Below, piece after piece: positions 6,416-14,600 of a DNA stretch of 64,000 bases. The DNA comes from an uncultured Bacteroidales bacterium (GTDB taxonomy: Bacteria > Bacteroidota > Bacteroidia > Bacteroidales > WCHB1-69): positions 263 through 64,262 of the forward strand of contig CAMJXE010000008.1 in assembly GCA_946409645.1 (NCBI GenBank). The letters are read 5' to 3'. The notes under the pieces are model-generated. The model did no database searches, was not told the origin of the DNA, and saw only the letters and a program-made list of their open reading frames with translations. A program made the position numbers and the translations under genes. Position 1 is the stretch's first letter, and every line of letters starts with the position of its first letter.

Positions 6416-7633
6416 AGTATCAGAAATCTCTTTCATGTGAAGATAATAACTCATTCTGTACGCAGCTGTTAAAGGTTCTTCCAGCTCGGAACATTCGGGA
6501 TACTTTTTTATAATGGCATCCAAAATGACTTTTTCCCGTTCCTCGTATTTACGGTTGTCAGGTATTAGCCGTCCGTATTCCGCTTGTTCCATGAGCTTGT
6601 CTTCTGCAGCTCGATACCGGATCCAAAACGGTTCAAAGATGGTGTCCACACTCTGCTCAATCATCTGTAGGGCACCTTGCGGGAGTTCCTGCTTTTTGGT
6701 GACACTTTCTGTTATTTGGATGACTACAGTGTCCTTAGATGGTGTTTGGAAAGTGTCGGGATGTTGGGCTTCAGGAATTTCTGGACTTGGGGGAGGAAGA
6801 GAATGGATTGGTGAAGGTTGGCTTTGGCTTAGCAGCCATACGCCTCCCAACAGAACCAGGATGCAGGTTATTGGGAGCAATATGAAAACGTAGAGTCTTT
6901 TTCGCTGCATCCGCCGCAAAACCTCTTCCGCATTGCCGAAGCGCTTCTCGCGGTCGGGTTGCGTGCACTTGCGGGCAACACCCCGGTAAGCATGCGGGAA
7001 AATCTGCTGCAAGACGACCCCGAAGGCGTAGATGTCGGCACGGCAGTCCAACGCCACTCCGCCGCTCTTCTGCTCGGGCGCCGCGTACTTGTCCGACCCC
7101 GCTGGCTGCTTCAGAATGCCGTGGTAATCGGTGTCCGCCAACCCGAAATCAATGATCTTCACGTTGTGGCCGTTGTGGGTAATCAGGATGTTGTCGGGCT
7201 TCAGGTCGCGGTGGATGATCTGCTTGCCGTGGAAATAGGACATCGCCGACAGCACCTCCTTCGCGATCTTCCTCCGCACGGCCACCGACGGCTTCTGTAC
7301 GAGGAACTCCTTGAGCGTGCAGCCATCCACATACTCCATCACGATGGAAGGCCCCGCGACCGGGTCGGTCACGAAGCTGAATGTGTGCGCGATGTTGGGA
7401 TGTTCCATCTGCACCCCTAACTCGAACTCTTTGGTCAGCAACTCGTTATAGACCGCCTTCCGTTGAAATTCCGGTTTCAAGCCCTTCAGCACAAACCATT
7501 TGCCGTACCGTTTTGCCTTATACAAGCGGTTGAACCCACCCGATGGGATTTCTGCATACGCGGTGAACACGTCCGAGATGTTCTCGAACGAGGAAGTAAC
7601 TTCGCCTGAGGAGGAAGTTTCGCTAACAGCCAT
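6395..7633 (-). CDS. Membrane-anchored Ser/Thr protein kinase (Hanks type)
   Basis: HRDLKPDNILI catalytic loop, DFGLAD, KYAAPEQ. One TM segment (LYVFILLPITCILVLLGGVWLL) is followed by a C-terminal domain of about 140 aa that I cannot place. Start at ATG 7633 (MAVSE), 18 nt after a TATTTTTG box. Confidence 0.85.
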   Translation of the reverse strand: MAVSETSSSGEVTSSFENISDVFTAYAEIPSGGFNRLYKAKRYGKWFVLKGLKPEFQRKAVYNELLTKEFELGVQMEHPNIAHTFSFVTDPVAGPSIVMEYVDGCTLKEFLVQKPSVAVRRKIAKEVLSAMSYFHGKQIIHRDLKPDNILITHNGHNVKIIDFGLADTDYHGILKQPAGSDKYAAPEQKSGGVALDCRADIYAFGVVLQQIFPHAYRGVARKCTQPDREKRFGNAEEVLRRMQRKRLYVFILLPITCILVLLGGVWLLSQSQPSPIHSLPPPSPEIPEAQHPDTFQTPSKDTVVIQITESVTKKQELPQGALQMIEQSVDTIFEPFWIRYRAAEDKLMEQAEYGRLIPDNRKYEEREKVILDAIIKKYPECSELEEPLTAAYRMSYYLHMKEISDTLFLLVE

Positions 7634-7651
7634 AAGGATTATTATCGGGCG

Positions 7652-7659
7652 CAAAAATA
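7652..7659 (-). promoter_or_regulatory. -7 box (TATTTTTG) for the Ser/Thr kinase gene
   Basis: Forward GCGCAAAAATACAA. 18 nt upstream of ATG 7633. Confidence 0.55.
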
Positions 7660-7680
7660 CAAATTTTACGTTTCCCAAGT

Positions 7681-7715
7681 CTCAAATCTCAAATCTCAAA
7701 TCTCAAATCTCAAAT
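7681..7715. repeat. Perfect (CTCAAAT)x5 tandem repeat
   Basis: Five identical heptamers read directly from the sequence. On the minus strand they read (ATTTGAG)5. Confidence 0.95.
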
Positions 7716-7720
7716 CACAA

Positions 7721-7755
7721 AAAAGTGCGGAAACCCAAATGATTTCCGCACTTTT
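7721..7755 (-). terminator. Intrinsic terminator of gcvT
   Basis: Stem GTGCGGAAA (7725-7733) / TTTCCGCAC (7743-7751), followed on the minus strand by TTTTTT. Confidence 0.7.
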
Positions 7756-7782
7756 CGCATTTTCCGCAAATTTCCGCAATAT

Positions 7783-8877
7783 CTATTCCGGTTTGTAGAA
7801 CGGCATCTTCACTGTAACGGCCTTAAGCAGGCGGTTACGCACTTTGATGAAAATTTCCGTGCCGGCCTTCGCGAACTCTTTCTTGATCAGCGCAGTGCCG
7901 ATACCCTTGTTCACAGAGGGGCCGAAAGTGCCAGAACGCACCTCGCCGATGACGTTGCCCTCAGCATCGCACACCTCGTAGCCGTTTCTCGGAATACCGC
8001 GGTCAATCAGTTCGAAACCAGCAATTCTGCGGGTCACGCCGTTGGCCTTCAGGTCTTCCATGTACTTGCGGTCGATGAAATCCTTGCCATCGACAAACTT
8101 CGTGATCCAACCCAAACCGGCCTCGATCGGGGAAATCGTGTCGTCAATCTCGTGACCATACAGACAGAAGCCCATCTCCAAGCGCAATGTGTCGCGAGCA
8201 CCCAAACCGATAGGTTTGATGTCGAACTCGGCACCAGCCTCGAACACGGCATCCCAAATCTTCATGGCCACCTCATTCGGGAAATAAATCTCACATCCGC
8301 CGCTGCCAGTGTAACCGGTCGTGGAGAAGAGGATATTGTCGATGCCGGCGAAATTGATGATCTGGTTGGTGTAGTACTCCATATCCACCACGTTGGCATT
8401 GGTCAGCTTCTGCATGGCCTTGAGAGCCAGAGGTCCTTGCACTGCCAATTGGGAGATGCTGTCGGAGATGTTCTCGATCTCGGCACCGAACGCCTTGTTC
8501 TGCTCCACCACCCATGCCCAGTCTTTGTCGATGTTAGCGGCATTCACCACCAACAGATAATCCTCGTCATGGAGGTTATAGACCAGCAGGTCGTCCACGA
8601 TACCGCCCTTCCCGTTCGGGAAGCAGCTGTACTGCACCTTGCCCGGGAACAAGGCAGCCACATCATTGGTGGTGATGTGTTGCAGCAATGCCAATGCTTT
8701 GGGCCCCTTCACGGTGAACTCACCCATGTGTGACACATCGAACACACCCACTTTGTTTCTCACCTGCAGGTGCTCGTTGGTGATGCTGTCGTACTGAATC
8801 GGCATGTAAAAGCCGGCAAACTCTTCCATTTTGGCGCCTAACGCCTCATGTTTCGCTCTGTAAACGGTTTCTTTCAT
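7783..8877 (-). CDS. gcvT: Glycine cleavage system aminomethyltransferase GcvT
   Basis: [53 protein letters not shown]. Start at ATG 8877 (MKETVY); the listed upstream Met lies inside the promoter region. Confidence 0.9.
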   Translation of the reverse strand: MKETVYRAKHEALGAKMEEFAGFYMPIQYDSITNEHLQVRNKVGVFDVSHMGEFTVKGPKALALLQHITTNDVAALFPGKVQYSCFPNGKGGIVDDLLVYNLHDEDYLLVVNAANIDKDWAWVVEQNKAFGAEIENISDSISQLAVQGPLALKAMQKLTNANVVDMEYYTNQIINFAGIDNILFSTTGYTGSGGCEIYFPNEVAMKIWDAVFEAGAEFDIKPIGLGARDTLRLEMGFCLYGHEIDDTISPIEAGLGWITKFVDGKDFIDRKYMEDLKANGVTRRIAGFELIDRGIPRNGYEVCDAEGNVIGEVRSGTFGPSVNKGIGTALIKKEFAKAGTEIFIKVRNRLLKAVTVKMPFYKPE

Positions 8878-8920
8878 ATTGATCTGATTTGATATTATTA
8901 ACGAATAATTTTTCAGTGGG

Positions 8921-8928
8921 CAAAAATA
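8921..8928 (-). promoter_or_regulatory. -7 box (TATTTTTG) for gcvT
   Basis: Forward GGGCAAAAATACA followed by T10. 43 nt upstream of ATG 8877. Confidence 0.55.
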
Positions 8929-8964
8929 CATTTTTTTTTTGATTACATCAGATTATGTTTACAG

Positions 8965-9028
8965 GCTTAGTAGCTTAGTAGCTTAATAAGCCTCTAAGCC
9001 TGTAAGCCACTAAACCCGTAACCGCACA
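8965..9028. repeat. Degenerate octad array (8 units)
   Basis: GCTTAGTA GCTTAGTA GCTTAATA AGCCTCTA AGCCTGTA AGCCACTA AACCCGTA ACCGCACA. Straddles the trmB stop codon (9010-9012). Confidence 0.85.
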
Positions 9029-9675
9029 TAATGTATCGTCTTCCCCTCGGCCAACCACATCTTTTCGTAAAACGTCTGCACTTCGGTGAGCAACGGATCG
9101 GCACCGCCCGCATACACGTCGGGGATGTTTTCTAAAAGCTCCCAACGCTGTTCTTTCGCCGTTTCGAGGAGATACTCGTAAAGGAAGTCACTGTCGGACT
9201 TCAAATGCAAAATACCGCCGTTCGCGGGCCAAATCCGGCGATAATAGTCGTTCACGAAATGCGGGCCCACCAGACGCTTGCGCTCTTTCTTGATCTGCGG
9301 GTCCGGGAATGTAACCCATATCTCGTCCACCTCGCCGGGCGCGAAATAATGTTCTATATGGTCGATCGTGATGCGCAGAAACGCCACATTCGCCAACTTC
9401 TGTTCTATCGCGTCCTTGCAACCGCGCCACAATCGTGCCCCTTTACGGTCAATGCCGATATAGTTGCGCTCGGGAAACCGTTTCGCCATCGCGACCGTAT
9501 ATTCACCCTTCCCACAACCCAATTCCAAAACTATCGGCCGGTCATTGTGGAAATAATCCTCCTTCCAACGTCCACGCAACGGAAACTCCTTCCCTACTCT
9601 ATCGTATTCCGTATGCTGGAACAAATTCTCAAACGTCGCGTTCTCCGCGAACCTCGCTAATTTATGTTTTGCCAT
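9010..9675 (-). CDS. trmB: tRNA (guanine46-N7)-methyltransferase TrmB
   Basis: SAM-binding motif LELGCGKGEY and FPDPQIKKERKRL. 221 aa. Confidence 0.9.
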   Translation of the reverse strand: MAKHKLARFAENATFENLFQHTEYDRVGKEFPLRGRWKEDYFHNDRPIVLELGCGKGEYTVAMAKRFPERNYIGIDRKGARLWRGCKDAIEQKLANVAFLRITIDHIEHYFAPGEVDEIWVTFPDPQIKKERKRLVGPHFVNDYYRRIWPANGGILHLKSDSDFLYEYLLETAKEQRWELLENIPDVYAGGADPLLTEVQTFYEKMWLAEGKTIHYVRLRV

Positions 9676-9742
9676 ATTCTCTCAATTAACAACGTAAAAT
9701 GTACAATGTACAAATGAACATTTAATATTTCTAATTCCTACC

Positions 9743-9769
9743 GAGCTCTTGCCCCTACCGGGGCTGCTC
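9743..9769 (-). terminator. Possible terminator hairpin after the ABC exporter gene
   Basis: GAGC..GCCCC-TACC-GGGGC..GCTC interrupted stem. No clear U-run. Confidence 0.35.
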
Positions 9770-9779
9770 AAGGAAATTT

Positions 9780-11552
9780 CTAATTACTAATTACTAATTG
9801 ATAATACTCTCCCCGTACCGCCATCAACTCTTCATGTGTGCCCTGTTCCACAATACGGCCTTGGTCCAAAACACAGATGCAATCAGCGTTTCGAATCGTT
9901 GACAACCGATGCGCAATCACCACTACCGTACACTGTTTCGACAACGCTTCTATCGACTGCTGGACCAGCCGCTCGCTCTCCGTGTCCATCGCCGAGGTCG
10001 CTTCGTCCAAAACCAACACCGGTGCCTTCCGCAACACTGCACGCGCGATACTCACCCGTTGGCGCTGACCGCCGGAAAGGGCCATTCCGCGGTCGCCGAC
10101 GACGTGATTGAACCCTTCAGGCATCGACATAACAAAATCGTAAATATTGGCCGTTTTCGCCGCTTCTACGACCTGCTCCGGCGTGGCGTCCATGCCTAAC
10201 GTGATATTGTTATATATCGTGTCGTGGAAAAGCATCACATCCTGGGACACCAACGCGAACAACGAACGGTAAGCTTCAACCCCGTATTTCCGTATGGAAA
10301 CACCATCCAAAAAAATGTCACCGCCATTGGTATCGTAGAAACGCATCAGCAAATCGGCAAGGGTAGATTTTCCAGCACCCGACTGTCCCACAAAAGCCAC
10401 CGTCTTGCCCTTCGGAATAGTAAGATCAACATGACTCAAGACCTTCACATCCGTATATGCGAAGGATACATCTCGGAACTCTATAGCATCACGGAAATTG
10501 GGCATCGGTAACACCAAACCGTTATCCTCCACATTGTCGGGAATCGACAAAAAATCTTGAATACGATCCAATGCTGCTTCACCGCGTTTGTAGTCTGAAA
10601 AAGCAGAAGATATCCGAGATATCGGGGTAATCACCTGCGAGAATAGCGCGATATAAGTGATGAATAACTCCGCCGATAATGACGATCGCGATGACAAAAC
10701 CAAAGACCCGCCAATCACTAAGACCACCATAATGGCCGACACACCCAGGAATTCACTCAACGGCGAAGCCAAATAGCTCTGACGATAAACCTTCTTCTGA
10801 TTCTCATGGAACTCTGTATTCAAGGAGTTGAAACGGCGATATGCACGCTCCTGCGCATTGAAACCATAGATAACACGGAGTCCTGACAAAGTCTCCTCAA
10901 CATGAGATAACAACTTTCCTAAACGCCTTCTATAAGATTTAGAAGAACGTTTCAACTGGTGAGCAAGGAACCCAATAATCAGGAAAGACGCGGGCATCAA
11001 CAAAACAGCCCATAACGAGAGTTGATAATCAATGTAAAAAAGGAAAGCAAGATAGCAAATGAGCGTGAGGGGGTCGGTAAGGAAGAGATAAACAGAGTTC
11101 AAGATAGTGTATTCGACTTCTTGCGCGTCATTGACTGCACGAGTAACCGCATCACCACGGTTCTCCTTGTTAAAATATCCCAACGGCAAAGATATCATCT
11201 TATCATAAAGACGGTTGCGTAATTGATACAAGAAATCGCTTCGCACATGCGCCATCACCCATAGGGACGAATATGCAGCTAAATTACGAAAGAAGTAAAG
11301 CAAAGCCGCACAGAAGATAATCATCACTATGGAGGTACTCAACTGATCCATCGGAACAATAGAGGAAAGTCGCGAAACGACGAACTCTGAAAGCGGACTT
11401 AAAGCATCCAAATGGCCACGAAACAGCAGCTTCACAAATGGCTCTATCATCAAGAACGCGAATATGGTCAACAACACATACATCGCATTCAACAAGAACA
11501 CGACTATCAATCTGCAAATATTTCCGCTATCAACAAGACGCAATTTCGTCAT
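9780..11552 (-). CDS. ABC transporter, fused permease/ATP-binding protein (MsbA-like exporter)
   Basis: N-terminal multi-TM domain, Walker A GQSGAGKST, signature LSGGQRQRVSIARA, Walker B VLVLDEATSAMD. Start set to ATG 11552 (MTKLRL); the listed start is a TTG. Confidence 0.85.
   Translation of the reverse strand: MTKLRLVDSGNICRLIVVFLLNAMYVLLTIFAFLMIEPFVKLLFRGHLDALSPLSEFVVSRLSSIVPMDQLSTSIVMIIFCAALLYFFRNLAAYSSLWVMAHVRSDFLYQLRNRLYDKMISLPLGYFNKENRGDAVTRAVNDAQEVEYTILNSVYLFLTDPLTLICYLAFLFYIDYQLSLWAVLLMPASFLIIGFLAHQLKRSSKSYRRRLGKLLSHVEETLSGLRVIYGFNAQERAYRRFNSLNTEFHENQKKVYRQSYLASPLSEFLGVSAIMVVLVIGGSLVLSSRSSLSAELFITYIALFSQVITPISRISSAFSDYKRGEAALDRIQDFLSIPDNVEDNGLVLPMPNFRDAIEFRDVSFAYTDVKVLSHVDLTIPKGKTVAFVGQSGAGKSTLADLLMRFYDTNGGDIFLDGVSIRKYGVEAYRSLFALVSQDVMLFHDTIYNNITLGMDATPEQVVEAAKTANIYDFVMSMPEGFNHVVGDRGMALSGGQRQRVSIARAVLRKAPVLVLDEATSAMDTESERLVQQSIEALSKQCTVVVIAHRLSTIRNADCICVLDQGRIVEQGTHEELMAVRGEYYQLVISN
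9781..9808. repeat. Heptad array TAATTAC TAATTAC TAATTGA TAATACT
   Basis: Read directly. Encodes the last residues (..YQLVISN) of the ABC exporter and abuts its stop codon. Confidence 0.85.
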
Positions 11553-11555
11553 CTG

Positions 11556-11590
11556 AATAACTGTCAATGAATAACTGATAACTATTAACT
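11556..11590. repeat. Heptad array AATAACT GTCAATG AATAACT GATAACT ATTAACT
   Basis: Read directly. Lies between the giant-gene terminator and the ABC exporter start. Confidence 0.75.
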
Positions 11591-11593
11591 AAA

Positions 11594-11626
11594 AAAGGAG
11601 TTGCACGCAAAGTGCGCACAACTCCT
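11594..11626 (-). terminator. Intrinsic terminator of the giant gene
   Basis: AAGGAGTTG(C/T)GCGCA... stem with arms 11594-11602 and 11618-11626 plus inner pairs, followed on the minus strand by TTTTTT. Confidence 0.75.
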
Positions 11627-11648
11627 TCAATGTATGAATAACTATTGA

Positions 11649-14600
11649 TTATTGTCTAACAGTCACAACCAACTTCTTAGTGACGACAGCGTCTTGAGTG
11701 CGGACAGTCATGATGTATGCACCGACAGAAAGACTGTTAACGTCTGCCTCGAAGTAGTAGTTGTCGCTATCAATATAGAGCTTACCATTGTAAACTTGCT
11801 TACCTGAGAAGTTGGTGATGGTCACAGTAGCGTCACCGCTCATGTTGTAAACGCGAGCCTTGAAAGTAGTGACGATAGCAGGAGCCGGGTTCGGCCAAAC
11901 TTCCATTTCAGGAACGATAACATTTTCGTCCGTAGAAATTGCAGGAGCCATAGTAGGAGCAACAGGATTCTCAACGGCTGCAAGGTTGTCACCGCCAACG
12001 ATCAAGAGGATAGAGTCAGTAGCCAAGGTATCAAGTGAACCATTGTAAGCATTGTGACCACCGATTCTCAAAGTCTTAGCGGAGTCTGCATTGTAGTAGA
12101 GGTGTTGATATGTACTCTGGTAAGAAGTAGCAATCAAACGATAAACGATCTTATATTCACCATTTGTAATGAACGGAGCAATAGTCTTGTCAACAGGACG
12201 CTCATTCAAGAAATGCATAAAGACATCATCGAACTGTTGGTTGTTACCGAAGGCCATATCTTGGTTCGGGAAGTGGTTACCAGTTTGAGCACCAGAAGCG
12301 GTCTCATAACCAGGAATTGAAGAATTGTAATAGCCAGTAGCATGCAAGAGTGAATGTTGGCTATTCTCCCAAGAAATGTGGTTACGAGTAATCCAAGTAT
12401 TGGTGTTGAAGGTCTGAGGTTGGAAGTAGGATGACAAGGAATCCTTGTTAATCACTCTACCATTGTGATAAATAGTGAACTCAACGAAAACAAGCTTGTC
12501 ACCAGGCATACATTCGTGGTTAACTTCCCAAGTGTATTCGGTCATATTACCAGTAGTCAAGTTTTCGATCTTATGAGTCTCAACACCGTTATACTTAAAG
12601 ATGAATTGAGGATCATCAGTGGTCTTAACCGTGATAACATGCTGATCGAAAGCGTCAACAGAGACATTGTTAATATCAACTGAAGAACAACCAATACCAT
12701 CAAGTTCAGTTGCAATCACATTGAAGTAGTAGTATTCACTGACAGGTACAAATTGAGCACCGGTGGTGTCGTAATTGAAGATCAAACGAGTTTGACCGTC
12801 AATCGTGTCGAAGGAGACATGCAAAGTAGCACCTAAGCCATAACCACCAGGAACATTTTGGAACTGACCATTAAGATCATATTGCCATTGATATTCGTAA
12901 GCAGTAATATCAGGATTAACAACGCTCAAAACTGCCTCACTATTGGTTTTACAAATTCTGGTATCACCAACAACATCAGGAATTGGCAACGGGAGAACCT
13001 TAACGATTACTGTATCAGTTGCATCATCACAATCGGAAGATACGATAACAACTAACAGCTTTTCATTATCCTCAGCAGTGAATACATGTTGATCAAGTTC
13101 AATTGTATCACCATCGAGCGTCCAAACAGTATCGATAGCGATAGCAGAAGGATCGATAACTTCAAATGATACTGATCCAAGGATAGAGTTCAAGCATACA
13201 GGAATTGTATCATAAACTGTACCTGCAATGATAGTTGCATCATTAATAGTGACAATAGGAGCAATCATGAATTCAAGTTCATAGATGTCAGTGGTGTATA
13301 TACCGCAGCTGGTTTCCCAAACATACTGTACTAAGACAGGACTATTGGGTTGATATTCGAACACAGTGTCAGTATTGTTGAATCTGACATAGTTAGCGCT
13401 TTCATAATTGTAGTAAGTCCAATATGAACCGTCAGGGAGAATGATGGAAGAAGAGCCTGTCCATTGAGGATCGACTTCTACAAAATCAGCGAACTTAGAA
13501 TTAACACAAGCGGCTTGCATCGTGGGCTCAGCATGTGTAGTATCATAGTAAGTGACATTAATGTAAGCAGTATCAGGTCCACAAGTGGTAGCTATTTGAG
13601 GATTAGGAGCAACGATAACAGCAAGCTTTTGACCAGCTTCGATGGTGAGTTTATTGTTGAAGTTGATAATCTGAGCCCAATTGCTGCCATTCACAGCCCA
13701 ATACGTAGTGTCAATCTCCGTAGGCAAATAATTATTAATATCTGCTGTGATAGATACACTGACCAACAGGTTGTTCAAAGTTGCTTCAGGACAAAGCACG
13801 ATAGTAGCAGGAGTCAAATTTGTTATTTGAACCGGCTTGAGTATGCGGAGTAAGCCCATGTCAACAATAGTGTCGCCACAACCGTTATTGTTCACAGCCT
13901 TGTAGCCGACCATCACAACCGAATACTTGATTGCAGAGTCAACAAGAGCCTGAGCTGTCAACATACCAGCATTGGTGAAATTATAAAGAATTTCATTATT
14001 AAAGGTATCAACAGTAGAGAATACCCAACCACTATCAGTAGCGTTGAAAACATGGATATTTAATGAATCGTAAAGGTTGAGAGCCTCAACTGCATTTTCG
14101 AGACAGAGTTCCATATTTTCGAAAGGTTCAGCAATAATGCTAGGCAGAGGATTCACAAAGACTGTGTCATCTTGAGTGCGGATAGTATAACCACAACGGG
14201 AACTGAACTCGAAATGAATCAACATATTGTCATCATCCATAGACACAACGTAAGGCATTGTAAGGGTCTGATAGTTTTGAGACGGTGCGTTTTGTCTCAA
14301 GACGAGCGCAGTTGCTTCAGAATCGTCAGCAAGAACGTGACCGTTAACCATGAAGTCAGAATACTTCATCGTGTCACCCTCACAATACACCTTCGTGAGA
14401 TACATAGGCATGATATCTGTCGTATCAACATAGATTCTGAAAGTAGTATCAGCAACACCACAACCATTATCAACGGTAATACGCAAATCAGAATTGTTGA
14501 AAGTCGAAGCGTAAGGAAGGAAGGTAAACTCGACTTGGCTATTGTTAGGAGCAACAAACTGCATGTCAAGAGTATCCCATTGTGCAGTATTAGTAGAATT

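Noticed and set aside
7681-7715. Tandem arrays as possible CRISPR arrays
   Set aside because: The units are 7-8 nt with no spacers. There are no repeats of 25-40 nt with unique spacers and no cas genes anywhere in the window.
8929-8941. Homopolymer tracts next to promoter boxes (T10 here, T9 at 21697-21705 and 40579-40587) as phase-variation switches
   Set aside because: An A/T run directly upstream of the -7 box is present at most promoters in the window, including housekeeping genes. It therefore looks like part of the general promoter architecture rather than a contingency tract. Only population data could revive the idea.
8878-8960. Glycine riboswitch in front of gcvT
   Set aside because: The promoter box is 43 nt from the start codon. 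That is too short for a glycine aptamer, and no aptamer-like conserved stems are visible.
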